A stretch of DNA of 64,000 nt from an uncultured Actinomycetes bacterium (GCA_963704725.1 OY969934.1:896001-960000); one strand, 5' to 3'; positions 29,833 to 39,676 are shown, counted from the first letter of the stretch. Program-made: numbers and translations. The notes: generated by a model from the letters alone, not told the origin.

Positions 29833-31415
29833 CCGCGGCCGAGTTCGACGTCGTCGTGGCCGGGGCGGGGCACAACAGCCTCGTCGCCGCGGCGTACCTG
29901 TCGCTGGCCGGGTTCCGGTGCCTCGTGCTCGAGGCGCGCGACGGGATCGGCGGCGACACGAACACCGAGGAGCTCACGCTCCCGGGATTCCGCCACGACT
30001 CCTGCTCGACCGCGCACAACCTGATCCAGGCGAGCCCCATGCTGCGCGACGACGAGCTCCACCTCGGCGAGTACGGGCTCGAGTACCTCCACCCCGACCC
30101 CGTCGTGCACGTCCCGCTGCCCGACGGCGCGTGGATCACCCAGTGGCGCGACGTCGATCGAACGGCCGAGGAGCTCGCGAGGTACTCGCGCCGCGACGCC
30201 GACGCCTACCGCCGCCTGCTCGCCGACTACGAGAGGGTGGCGCCGGTCTTCGGCCGATACCGCAACACGCCGATCGGGTGGGGACCCTCGCTGCCGGAGC
30301 TGCTCGCCGAGCACCCGGACGGTCGTCGCTGGCTCCGGATCCAGGCCATGAGCGCCTGGGAGGTCATCGAGGACGCGTTCGAGGACCCGCACGTCCGCGC
30401 GTTCCTGCTGTGGATGGCGTTCATGACCGTGCAGCCCCCCGAGCGCCCCGGCACGGGGCCCCTCGCCTCCTCCCTCGTCTTCGGCCGCCAGCGCCACAGC
30501 TGGACGCTGCCGAGGGGCGGGTCGGGCAGCCTGCCGGCCGCGCTCGGCCGCCTGATCGAGAGCCACGGCGGGACGATCCTCACCGGCCGCCCCGTCGTCG
30601 GGGTCGTGCTCGAGGGCGGTCGGTGCGTCGGCGTCGAGACCGCCGACGGCGAGCGCCACCTGGCCGCCCGCGCGGTCCTGTCGACGATCCACGTGAAGCA
30701 CCTCCTCGAGATGGCGCCCGCCGACGCGTGGGGCGAGGACTTCCGCTTCGGCGTCCGGACGTGGCGGCCCGGCGTGTCGATGTTCGTCACCCACTACGCG
30801 ACGACGGCTCCCCCGCGCTTCCCCGTCGGCGATGGAACGCTCGAGTCCTCGGCCGCCGGAACGCCCGGCTCGGTCCAGCGGATGCTCCGCGTCGGCTCGG
30901 AGTTCATCCGAGGCGTGGTCGCGACGGACGACCCGGTCCTGCTCGTGCTCTGTCAGACCGTCGCCGATCCCTCGCGCGCGCCCGAGGGCAAGCACACGCT
31001 GAAGATCGTGGGGTTCCAGCCCTACGAGCTGCCCGAGGGACCCGAGCGCTGGGACGAGATCCAGGACGAGGTCTCGGCCGCGAACCTGGAGCACCTGCGC
31101 CGGTACGCGCCGAACCTGACCGAGGACGTCATCCTCGCCCGCGTCGTGGAGAGCCCGCTCGGGCTCGAGCGCTTCAACGCCCACAACTGGCACGGGTCCT
31201 GTCACGGCGGCGACCAGGGGCCGGCGCAGTCCGGGGCGCTGCGACCGGCGCCGGGATGGGCCGGACACCGCACGCCGGTCGAGGGCCTGTACCAGACCGG
31301 CTCGACGACGCACCCCGGCGGGTCGGTGTCGGCCGGGCCGGGACGCAACGCCGCCATGGTGATGCTGAGGGATCTCGGAACGAGCCTCGAGGAGGTGCTG
31401 CAACGTGCCGGATGA
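29829..31415 (+). CDS. phytoene-desaturase-like NAD(P)/FAD-dependent oxidoreductase
   Basis: 'VVAGAGHNSLVAAAYL...IGG...TLPGF'; C-terminal 'RTPVEGLYQTGSTTHPGGSVSAGPGRNAA'. Confidence 0.9.
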   Translation: MTAAEFDVVVAGAGHNSLVAAAYLSLAGFRCLVLEARDGIGGDTNTEELTLPGFRHDSCSTAHNLIQASPMLRDDELHLGEYGLEYLHPDPVVHVPLPDGAWITQWRDVDRTAEELARYSRRDADAYRRLLADYERVAPVFGRYRNTPIGWGPSLPELLAEHPDGRRWLRIQAMSAWEVIEDAFEDPHVRAFLLWMAFMTVQPPERPGTGPLASSLVFGRQRHSWTLPRGGSGSLPAALGRLIESHGGTILTGRPVVGVVLEGGRCVGVETADGERHLAARAVLSTIHVKHLLEMAPADAWGEDFRFGVRTWRPGVSMFVTHYATTAPPRFPVGDGTLESSAAGTPGSVQRMLRVGSEFIRGVVATDDPVLLVLCQTVADPSRAPEGKHTLKIVGFQPYELPEGPERWDEIQDEVSAANLEHLRRYAPNLTEDVILARVVESPLGLERFNAHNWHGSCHGGDQGPAQSGALRPAPGWAGHRTPVEGLYQTGSTTHPGGSVSAGPGRNAAMVMLRDLGTSLEEVLQRAG

Positions 31416-32469
31416 ACGCATCGAGGCCGCGATCGCGAACTGGGCGCCGCGGTTCACGTCGCAAGGGGTCGACCCGAACGACTTCGCGCGGGTCACGGCG
31501 CCGTTGGAGCGATGGGACGAATGGCTCGATGCCTGGTGCGCGAACGGCGATCTGCACGCGGGGCTCGCGCGCGAGGCCGAGGAACGCGGCCGAACCCTCA
31601 CGGCCGGCGAGGCGTGGGTCCGCGCCACGCTCTCGTACCACTTCGCGAAGTTCGTGTGGATGGTCGACATGGACCGGTACCGCTCCGCTGCCGACCGTTC
31701 CGTCGCAGCGCTGCGCGAGGCGCACCGCCTCCTCGACCCGTCCGCCGAGCGCATCGAGGTGCCGTTCGAGGGCGGAGCGATGGTGGGCAACCTGCGGCGC
31801 CCGGCGGGGATCGACCGGCCGCCGCTCGTGCTCCTGCTCCCCGGGCTCGACTCCACCAAGGAGGAGTTCTTCACGTGGGAGGACGTGTTCCTCGCCCGGG
31901 GCATGGCCACCCTGTCGCTCGACGGCCCGGGGCAGGGCGAGACCGGCTACCACACGCACATCCGGGCCGACTACGAGGTCGGGCCGATCGCGATGCTCGA
32001 TCACCTCGCGGGGCGCGGCGACGTGGACGTCGAGCGGGTGGGGGCGGTGGGCGTCTCGCTCGGCGGCTACTACGCGCCGCGGACCGCGGCGTTCGAGCCG
32101 CGGGTGAAGGCCGTGTGCTCGATCGGCGGGCCGCACACGTTCGGCGAGTTCTTCGACGATCGGCCCTCGCTGACGAAGGAGACGTTCGTGCATCACAGCG
32201 GGGCGAAGGACCTCGAGGAGGCCAAGCGCATCGCCGACACCCTGACGCTCACCGACGTGCTGCCGAAGGTCGACCAGCCGTTCCTGGTGATCTTCGGCCG
32301 GCTCGACCGCCTGATCCCGTACCAGCACGCCGAGCGGGTTGCGGCGGAGGCCCCGAACGCGGAGCTCGTGATGTACGCGGAGGGGAACCACGTCTGCAAC
32401 AACATCCCCTACAGGTACCGCCCGCTGGCCGGCGACTGGATGGCCGAGCGCCTCGCCGGCGGGTCGTGA
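31405..32469 (+). CDS. alpha/beta hydrolase, 2,6-dihydroxypseudooxynicotine hydrolase-like
   Basis: 'GLDSTKEE', 'DGPGQGE', nucleophile 'GVSLGGYY', 'GNHVCNN'. Confidence 0.85.
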   Translation: MPDERIEAAIANWAPRFTSQGVDPNDFARVTAPLERWDEWLDAWCANGDLHAGLAREAEERGRTLTAGEAWVRATLSYHFAKFVWMVDMDRYRSAADRSVAALREAHRLLDPSAERIEVPFEGGAMVGNLRRPAGIDRPPLVLLLPGLDSTKEEFFTWEDVFLARGMATLSLDGPGQGETGYHTHIRADYEVGPIAMLDHLAGRGDVDVERVGAVGVSLGGYYAPRTAAFEPRVKAVCSIGGPHTFGEFFDDRPSLTKETFVHHSGAKDLEEAKRIADTLTLTDVLPKVDQPFLVIFGRLDRLIPYQHAERVAAEAPNAELVMYAEGNHVCNNIPYRYRPLAGDWMAERLAGGS

Positions 32470-32479
32470 TCGCCGCCAC

Positions 32480-34771
32480 ATGACCGAGGCCCCGCGGCCG
32501 CCGTGGATCGGGCGCCCGGAGCTCCGCCGCGAGGACCGGCGGCTCGTCCGCGGCGAGGGCCGGTTCGTCGGCACCGTCGCGCTTCCCGGGACGCTGCACG
32601 TCGCGTTCGTCCGCAGCCCGTTCGCGCATGCCCGCCTCCTGCACGTCGACGCCTCGGTCGCCGAGCGGTCGCCGGGCGTCGTCGCCGTGCTCACGGCGGC
32701 CGAACTCGGCCCGGTGGCCGCGATGCCGGTGAACGTCGTCGACGGCGCAGAGGTGGTCCTCGTCCCACCGCCGCTCCTCGCGGTCGGGCGCGTCCGATTC
32801 GCCGGCGAGGCCGTCGCCGCCGTCGTGGCGGAGACGCAGGCCGCGGCGGAGGACGCGGCCGAGCTCGTGGACGTCGAGTACGACCCCCTGCCCGTGGTGG
32901 CGGACGTGGAGGCCGCGCTCCGAGCCGAGAGCGTCGTCCACGAGGAGGTCCCGGACAACGTGCTGCTCCGGTGGCGGCGCACCGCGGGCGACGTGGACGG
33001 TGCGTTCGCGTCGGCACGACACGTGGTGGGCGGGCGGTTCGCGATGCCGCGCCTGGTCGCCGCGCCGATCGAGCCGCGCGGCGCCCTCGCCCTGTACGAC
33101 CCTTCGTCGGACCTGCTCACGCTGTGGCTGTCGAGCCAGGACCCGCACCGGCCGCGAGCCAACCTGTCCGCGGTGCTGGGGCGGCCGCCCGAGCGCATCC
33201 GCGTCGTGGTCGGCGACGTGGGGGGAGCCTTCGGGAGCAAGGGCACCCTGGCCCTCGAGGCGGCGGTCGCCGCGATCGCGGCGATCCGGCTCGGCCGCCC
33301 GGTCCGGTGGATCGAGGGCCGCTCGGAGAACTTCCTCGCGGCGTACCAGGGACGGGGCTTCCGGGCCGACGCGGAGCTCGCCGTGGGCGAGGACGGGCGG
33401 TTCCTCGCCCTGCGGGCCCGGCTGGTGGCCGACCTCGGCGCCTATCTCTTCCCGACCACGCCGACCGTGCCGACGACTGCGGCGATGCTCGTCACCGGCG
33501 CGTACGAGACCCCGGCGGCCGACGTCGAGCTGCTGGGCGTGGCGACGAACCGGGTGCCGACCGGCCCGTACCGCGGCGCGGGCCGGCCCGAGGGGGCCTA
33601 CGTGGCCGAGCGGCTGGCGGACCTGGCGGCCCGACGCCTGGGGATGGACCCGGCCGAGATCCGCCGCCGGAACCTCGTGCCGTCCGAGCGATTCCCCTAC
33701 GAGACGCCACTCGGGTTCACCTACGACTCGGGGGACTACGCGGCCGCGCTCGACCGCGCGTGCGAACGGTTCGGGTACGAGCGTCGCCGGGCGGATCGGG
33801 ACCGCGCCCGCGACGAGGGCCGGTTGGTCGGTCTGGGTCTCGCGGTGTTCATCGAGCGGGCCGGCGCCGGGATGTGGGAGTCGGGCGCGGTGCGGATCGA
33901 ACAGGACGGCGCGATCGTCGTGCGGACGGGCTCGACCGCGCACGGGCAGGGGCACGAGACGACGTTTGCGCAGATCGCCGCGGACGCGCTCGGCGTCGAC
34001 CTCGCCGACGTCCGGGTCGAGGCGGGCGACACGGCGGAGGTTCCGGAGGGGGTGGGGACCTTCGCCAGCCGTTCGGTGACCGTGGGCGGGTCGGCCGTGC
34101 TCGAGGCCGCCCGCGCGGTGCGCGAGCGCGCCACGGCGGTGGCCGCCCGGATGCTCGAGGTCGATGCGGGGTCGGTGCGGTGGGGGCGGGGGACCGTCTC
34201 GGCGAACGGTCGCGAGCTGTCGCTCGGGGAGGTGGCGCGGGCGGCCACGGATGTCCCGGGACGGCCGCCCGGGCTTTCTGCGGCGGTCCGCTTCACGCTG
34301 CCGGGCCTGGTGTTCCCCTACGGCGCGTACGCGGTCGCGATCGAGATCGACCCCGAGACCGGGACGCTCGCGGTGGACCGGGTCGTCGCCGTCGACGACG
34401 CCGGTCGGCTCGTGAACCCGCTCCTCGCCGAGGGGCAGGTGGTCGGCTCGACCGTCCAGGGTCTCGGCCAGGCGCTGCTCGAGGAGATGGTGCACGACGA
34501 GGACGGTCAACCGTTGACCGGCAACTTCGCCGACTACGCCATCCCCACCGCGCCGGACGTCCCCGCGATCGACGGCGAGTTCCAGGAGACGCCGTCGCCA
34601 CTCAACCCGCTTGGGGCGAAAGGGATCGGCGAGAGCGGTTCGATCGCCATGCCGGCGGCGATGGCGAACGCGGTCGCCGACGCGCTGGCGCCGCTCGGCG
34701 TGGAGCACCTCGACCCGCCGTACACCCCCGAGAAGCTGTGGCGCGCCATCCGCGATGCCCGGCGCTCGTGA
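32480..34771 (+). CDS. xanthine dehydrogenase-family molybdopterin-binding large subunit (CoxL form II/CutL-like)
   Basis: 'VGGAFGSK', 'PYRGAGRPE', 'HGQGHETTFAQ', 'FASRS', 'GAKGIGE'. Confidence 0.92.
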   Translation: MTEAPRPPWIGRPELRREDRRLVRGEGRFVGTVALPGTLHVAFVRSPFAHARLLHVDASVAERSPGVVAVLTAAELGPVAAMPVNVVDGAEVVLVPPPLLAVGRVRFAGEAVAAVVAETQAAAEDAAELVDVEYDPLPVVADVEAALRAESVVHEEVPDNVLLRWRRTAGDVDGAFASARHVVGGRFAMPRLVAAPIEPRGALALYDPSSDLLTLWLSSQDPHRPRANLSAVLGRPPERIRVVVGDVGGAFGSKGTLALEAAVAAIAAIRLGRPVRWIEGRSENFLAAYQGRGFRADAELAVGEDGRFLALRARLVADLGAYLFPTTPTVPTTAAMLVTGAYETPAADVELLGVATNRVPTGPYRGAGRPEGAYVAERLADLAARRLGMDPAEIRRRNLVPSERFPYETPLGFTYDSGDYAAALDRACERFGYERRRADRDRARDEGRLVGLGLAVFIERAGAGMWESGAVRIEQDGAIVVRTGSTAHGQGHETTFAQIAADALGVDLADVRVEAGDTAEVPEGVGTFASRSVTVGGSAVLEAARAVRERATAVAARMLEVDAGSVRWGRGTVSANGRELSLGEVARAATDVPGRPPGLSAAVRFTLPGLVFPYGAYAVAIEIDPETGTLAVDRVVAVDDAGRLVNPLLAEGQVVGSTVQGLGQALLEEMVHDEDGQPLTGNFADYAIPTAPDVPAIDGEFQETPSPLNPLGAKGIGESGSIAMPAAMANAVADALAPLGVEHLDPPYTPEKLWRAIRDARRS

Positions 34772-34826
34772 CCTCCCGAGAGCGCGTCCGGCACGCCGGT
34801 CTTGGGCCGGTCCCTCGTCGCTCAGC

Positions 34827-36206
34827 TCATGCGGCCGGTGGGACGTTCTGGTTCAGCCGGAACAGGTTGGTCGGGTCGTAGCGGGCCTTGATCTCGGCGA
34901 GCCGGTCCCACGTCGGGCCCGGGTAGGCCTGGTGGACCCGCGCCTCGCCCTCGTCGCTGAGGAAGCCCGTGTACGCGCCGGCCTCGCCGCGCTGCAGCGC
35001 CGCGGAGAAGTCGGTGACCCACTGCTCGTGCGTGACCCGCTCGCCGGGGTCCCCGTAGATGGCGGCGACGTTCACCATGAGCTGCCGCCCGCGGTGCGCG
35101 AACGCCGTCGAGTCTTCGGGGACCCGAGCCATGGCCCCGCCGAGGACCCGCAGCTGCGCCGCGCGCATCATCGCGCTCGAAGCCTCAAGCCGTTCCAGGA
35201 TCGTGGAGATCGCTGATCCGTCGACGGCGTCGACGAACATCGTCCTCGCCGCGGCGACGGGGCGGTAGTTGGGGTCCTCGGGCGGATACATCTCGGGGTA
35301 AGAGATCGGCCGAACCATGTCGACGATCGGCGAGGCGAGCGCTCGGAAGGGCGCGAAGGCCCTCTGGCCGGCCTCGTCGTCGCCGGCGAAGCAAACGAGC
35401 GCCATGATCACGATCTTGCCGTGGTACTCCTCAGGTACGAAGGGCATGGGCGGCGCCGTCATCACGTTGGCGATCGTCGAGAGCTCCTCCGGCGCCCCCT
35501 CCGCCTCGGCCAGGAACCCGGCGATCGTCTCGGGCGTCGCGGGCAACATCAACATCCCGCCCACGACCCCGTTCACCTCCTGCAGTCGGTAGTGGAACCG
35601 GGTGGCGACGCCGAGGTTCCCGCCGCCGCCGCGGATCGCCCAGAACAGATCGGGATGAGATCCCTCGTCGACCTGCAGGGTCTCGCCGTCGGCGGTGACG
35701 ACCTCGGCGGCGAGGAGCGAGTCGATCGTGAGGCCGTGCTTGCGGACGAGGTACCCGACGCCGCCGGCGAGCGTGATCCCGCCGATCCCGACGGAGCCCG
35801 TGTCGCCGAACCCCGTCGCTAGTCCGTGCGTGGCGGCCTGGGTCGTGTACTCACCGGTCGTGAGGCCCGTCTCGGCCCACGCGGTGCGCTCCTCGACGTC
35901 GATCTCGAGGGACTTCATCGCCCGGAGGTCGATGACGATGCCGCCCTCGGACGCGCTGTGACCGGCGGGGCTGTGACCGCCGCTGCGGACCGCGAGCTCC
36001 GCTCCTGACTCGCTCGCGAGCCGGACGACCGCGGCCACGTCCGCGGCCCCCGCGACCCGAACGATCGCGGCGGGGCGGCGGTCGACCGCGCTATAGAACA
36101 CCCTTCGCGCGTCGTCGTACTCGGGGTCGTCGGGCCCGATGACGCGGCCTTCGACGCCGTCGCGGAGCTGTGAGATCGATACGTCTGAGGAGGGCGGGCG
36201 CTCCAT
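34827..36206 (-). CDS. FAD-linked oxidase (VAO/BBE family)
   Basis: Covalent-FAD His motif 'VRSGGHS'; 'DLFWAIRGGGGNLGV'; 'KARYDPTNLFRLNQN'; AAGGAG RBS before ATG 36206. Confidence 0.92.
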   Translation of the reverse strand: MERPPSSDVSISQLRDGVEGRVIGPDDPEYDDARRVFYSAVDRRPAAIVRVAGAADVAAVVRLASESGAELAVRSGGHSPAGHSASEGGIVIDLRAMKSLEIDVEERTAWAETGLTTGEYTTQAATHGLATGFGDTGSVGIGGITLAGGVGYLVRKHGLTIDSLLAAEVVTADGETLQVDEGSHPDLFWAIRGGGGNLGVATRFHYRLQEVNGVVGGMLMLPATPETIAGFLAEAEGAPEELSTIANVMTAPPMPFVPEEYHGKIVIMALVCFAGDDEAGQRAFAPFRALASPIVDMVRPISYPEMYPPEDPNYRPVAAARTMFVDAVDGSAISTILERLEASSAMMRAAQLRVLGGAMARVPEDSTAFAHRGRQLMVNVAAIYGDPGERVTHEQWVTDFSAALQRGEAGAYTGFLSDEGEARVHQAYPGPTWDRLAEIKARYDPTNLFRLNQNVPPAA

Positions 36207-36429
36207 CGCGGGACTCCTTTCCAGGGTCGGCTCATCTGTTCGACCCACATCGAGGACCGGACTCATCGGTCGTGCCAGCTTGACGAAACGGACGGTCGAT
36301 CTGTGACGGCCGTCCGGTTTCGTCCCTCGGCAACCTCCGAGCCGTTCGACGAGCGGGCGTCGCCGAGCCTATCGAACGAAGGTCGGATCACGGGACGCGA
36401 TCTCGACCTGCGGGGTAGCTTCCGCGGCA

Positions 36430-36456
36430 TGTCGAGACCGGGACCGCCGCTCCGAC
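36430..36456 (+). promoter_or_regulatory. ECF42-type promoter TGTCGA-N17-CGAC
   Basis: Matches the ECF42 consensus as recalled (-35 TGTCGA, -10 CG(A/T)C); about 50 bp upstream of the yciI-yciI-sigma operon. Confidence 0.7.
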
Positions 36457-36505
36457 GTTCCGGGCAGAGGCGCCGAACCGGCGCCGGAGTGAAAGGAGTG
36501 GAGCC

Positions 36506-36856
36506 GTGAAGTACGTCGTGCTGATCTACACCAACCCCGCCACGTGGGAGACCCTGTCCAAGGAGGAGCTGGACGGGCTGATGGGGGAGTTCGACGCGCA
36601 GCAGAAGGAGCTGGCCGCGTCGGGAGAGTTCGTTGCCGGCGCCGCGCTGTCTCCTCCGACCACGGCGAAGACCGTTCGGGTGCGCGAGGGGGTTCCCGCG
36701 ATCACGGACGGGCCGTTCGCGGAGGCGAAGGAGCAGCTGGCCGGGTACTTCGTCATCGACTGCGAGAGCATCGAGCGCGCCACCGAAGTCGCGTCCCGCG
36801 ATCCGAACGCCCGGCTCGGCGCGGTCGAGGTCCGGCCGATCATGGACGAGGTCTGA
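36506..36856 (+). CDS. YciI/DGPF-family protein
   Basis: 'TDGPFAEAKEQLAGYFVIDC...VEVRPI'. Confidence 0.92.
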   Translation: MKYVVLIYTNPATWETLSKEELDGLMGEFDAQQKELAASGEFVAGAALSPPTTAKTVRVREGVPAITDGPFAEAKEQLAGYFVIDCESIERATEVASRDPNARLGAVEVRPIMDEV

Positions 36857-36875
36857 GCTCGAGGGGGATGCGAGC

Positions 36876-37238
36876 GTGAAGTACCTGCTGATGATCTACA
36901 TGAACCCGGCGATCTGGGATTCCCTGTCCGAGGACGAGCGGGACACCGTGTTTGCCGCTCACGACGCGTTCCAGAAGCCCATCAAGGAATCGGGAGAGCT
37001 GCTCGGCTTCGCGGCGCTGGCCGACCCGTCCACCAGCACCACGGTGCGTGTGCGCGACGGGGTTCCGGCGATCACGGACGGTCCGTACGTCGAGGCCAAG
37101 GAGTTCCTGGCCGGCTACTACGTCGTCGATTGCGAGACCGTCGAGCGGGCGCACGAGCTGGCCGCCCAGATCCCCGACGCCCGGTACACGGCCGTGGAGA
37201 TTCGTCCGGTGATGGACGAGTCCGGAGCCGAGATGTGA
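36876..37238 (+). CDS. YciI/DGPF-family protein (second copy)
   Basis: 'MKYLLMIY...TDGPYVEAKEFLAGYYVVDC...VEIRPV'. Confidence 0.92.
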   Translation: MKYLLMIYMNPAIWDSLSEDERDTVFAAHDAFQKPIKESGELLGFAALADPSTSTTVRVRDGVPAITDGPYVEAKEFLAGYYVVDCETVERAHELAAQIPDARYTAVEIRPVMDESGAEM

Positions 37239-39676
37239 CCACGATGACCGCCCCCGAGGACCTGCTGCGCCGACTTGCGCCGCAGGTCCTCGGGGCGCTC
37301 GTCCGCCGCTTCGGTCGCTTCGACGCGTGCGAGGACGCGGTCCAAGAGGCCCTGCTCGCCGCCGCCGTCCAGTGGACCGACCAGGGGGTGCCGGAGAACC
37401 CTCGCGGATGGCTGATCACGGTGGCCTCGCGCCGGCTGACCGATCAGCTCCGCAGCGAGACCGCCCGCCGCCGCCGCGAGGGCACGGCCGCGGCCCTCGA
37501 GCCCGAGCACCTCCAGGTGCCCGGCGCCGACGAGGAGCGGTCGCCGGACCGGGACGACACGCTGACCCTCCTGTTCCTGTGCTGCCATCCGGCGCTGTCG
37601 CCCGCCTCGCAGGTCGCGCTCACCCTGCGCGCCGTGGGCGGTCTGACCACCGCGGAGATCGCGCGGGCCTTCCTCGTGCCCGAGACGACGATGGGGCAGC
37701 GCATCAGCCGGGCCAAGCAGCGCATCAAGGCGTCCGACATCCCGTTCGCGATGCCCCCGGAGCACGAGCGCACCGAGCGGCTCGCCGCGGTCCTGCACGT
37801 CCTGTACCTGGTTTTCAACGAGGGCTACACGACGAGCACCGGCCCCGGCCTGCAGCGCGGCGAGCTCACCGCGGAGGCGATCCGGCTGGCCCGCGAGCTT
37901 CGGCGGTTCCTGCCCGACGACGGGGAGGTGGCCGGGCTCCTCGCACTGATGCTGCTCACGGACGCCCGCCGACCGGCGCGAACCCGGCCCGACGGCTCCC
38001 TCGTCCCTCTGCAGGAGCAGGACCGGACGACGTGGGACCGGGAGGCCATCGCGGAGGGCGTCGCTCTGGTCACCGGCGCGCTGTCGCGTGCGCCGATCGG
38101 CCCGTACCAGCTGCAGGCGGCGATCGCCGCGGTGCACGACGAGGCGGCGCGGGCCGAGGACACCGACTGGCCCCAGATCGTCGCCCTGTACGAGCTCCTC
38201 GAGCGCCTCTCGCCCAACCCCATGGTCACCCTGAACCACGCCGTCGCGGTGGCCATGGTCCGCGGGCCGAGGGCGGGGCTCGAACTGCTGGCGAGCCTGG
38301 ACGGAGACGAGCGACTGGCCCGGCACCACCGACTCGCGGCGGTCCGCGCCCATCTGCTCGAGATGGCGGGCGACCACGCGGCCGCGCGGACGAGCTACCG
38401 GACGGCCGCTCGCCGCACCACCAGCCTCCCCGAGCAGCGGTACCTCGAGGCCCGGGCCGCGCGGCTGGCCGACATGACGGCCGCCGACCTCGCCGAGCGC
38501 AGCGGCGCGAGCGTCGAGTACCTCCGCCGGCTGATCGAGGCCGGCATCATCTCGGGCGGCGGATCCGATCGACCCTTCGCCGTGCCCGACATCCAGCGGG
38601 TCCGGCTGGCGCGCGAGCTCGACCGGTCCGGGATCCCCCTCGAGGCCATCGGGCGGGCCGTCGAGTCCGGGCACCTTTCGTTCAGCTTCGTGGAGGCCAT
38701 CTTCCCCGACCCGCCGGCGCTCGGCCCCAAGACCGTTCGCGACGCGGCCGCGGAGCTCGGCCTGCCGCTGGAGACCGTGACCCGCCTGTACGCGATGTGG
38801 GGCCTCGCCCGGCCCGAGCCCGACGAGCCCATCCGAGAGGACGACGCCGCCGTGTTCGCCGAGTGGGCGGCGATCCTGCCGCCGCGCTCGCTCACGCAGG
38901 ACGTCTTCGTCCACGGCGCCCGGCTGTTCGGCGAGGCGGCGCGGCGCGTGGCCGACTTCGCGTTCGACGTCTCGCGCGCCTACGTCGAGGCGCCGATGCT
39001 GGCCTCCGGGATGCGGCTGCAACAGGTGATGGACGCCACCGGGGCGTTCTCCCAGGCCGCGACGGCGTCCCTGCAGCGACAGCTCGCCTGGCTCGTGCAG
39101 CGCCAGCTCGAGCACCACACGACGCAGTTCGTGTTCGAGTACGTGGAGACGGCGATCGAGGAGGCGGGCGGTGCGCCGGCCCGGGCGGCGTCGCCGCCGG
39201 CGATGGCGTTCGTGGACCTCACCGGGTACACGGCGCTCACCGAGGAGCTGGGCGACGAGGCTGCGGCCGAGCGCGCCACGCTGCTCGCTTCCGTCGTGCA
39301 GGAGGTCGCCCACGCGGGCGGCGGCCGGGTGATGAAGCTCCTCGGCGATGGTGCGATGTTCTACTTCGAAGATCCCGGCGCCGCCGTGCTCTCGGGGCTG
39401 GAGCTCGTGGAGCGGGTCGACGGCTCCGACCTTCCACCGGCCCGGGTCGGCATCGCGGCGGGCCCCGTCGTGTTCCGCGAGGGCGATTGCTTCGGGCGCA
39501 CGGTCAACGTCGCGGCGAGGGTGGCGGATCGGGCGCGGCCGAGACAGGTGCTCGTCACGGCAGGGGTGGTGAGCGTCTCCGATCCGGCCCGCGTGACGTT
39601 CCGGGACGTGGGAATGGTCGCGCTGAGGGGTATCTCGGAGCCGATGCCACTGTCGATCGCCGCCCGCGTGCGCTGA
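37235..39676 (+). CDS. ECF42-type sigma factor fused to a MerR-like/regulatory region and a class III adenylate cyclase
   Basis: Region 2 'EDAVQEA...GWLITVA', region 4 'LFLCCHPAL...GGLTTAEIARAF...QRISRAK', TPR-like extension, then 'AFVDLTGYT...KLLGDG...GDCFGRTVNVAAR'; no stop in between. Confidence 0.88.
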   Translation: MTTMTAPEDLLRRLAPQVLGALVRRFGRFDACEDAVQEALLAAAVQWTDQGVPENPRGWLITVASRRLTDQLRSETARRRREGTAAALEPEHLQVPGADEERSPDRDDTLTLLFLCCHPALSPASQVALTLRAVGGLTTAEIARAFLVPETTMGQRISRAKQRIKASDIPFAMPPEHERTERLAAVLHVLYLVFNEGYTTSTGPGLQRGELTAEAIRLARELRRFLPDDGEVAGLLALMLLTDARRPARTRPDGSLVPLQEQDRTTWDREAIAEGVALVTGALSRAPIGPYQLQAAIAAVHDEAARAEDTDWPQIVALYELLERLSPNPMVTLNHAVAVAMVRGPRAGLELLASLDGDERLARHHRLAAVRAHLLEMAGDHAAARTSYRTAARRTTSLPEQRYLEARAARLADMTAADLAERSGASVEYLRRLIEAGIISGGGSDRPFAVPDIQRVRLARELDRSGIPLEAIGRAVESGHLSFSFVEAIFPDPPALGPKTVRDAAAELGLPLETVTRLYAMWGLARPEPDEPIREDDAAVFAEWAAILPPRSLTQDVFVHGARLFGEAARRVADFAFDVSRAYVEAPMLASGMRLQQVMDATGAFSQAATASLQRQLAWLVQRQLEHHTTQFVFEYVETAIEEAGGAPARAASPPAMAFVDLTGYTALTEELGDEAAAERATLLASVVQEVAHAGGGRVMKLLGDGAMFYFEDPGAAVLSGLELVERVDGSDLPPARVGIAAGPVVFREGDCFGRTVNVAARVADRARPRQVLVTAGVVSVSDPARVTFRDVGMVALRGISEPMPLSIAARVR

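Noticed and set aside
29829-31415. Carotenoid biosynthesis (crtI)
   Set aside because: No crtB/crtE nearby; context is catabolic and the family is broad
32480-34771. Aerobic CO dehydrogenase (form I CoxL)
   Set aside because: Active-site loop is PYRGAGR, not AYxCSFR, and no coxM/S or accessory genes are present
31405-36206. Nicotine degradation cluster
   Set aside because: Family-level resemblance only; ndh/kdh small and medium subunits and dihydroxypyridine hydroxylase are not seen
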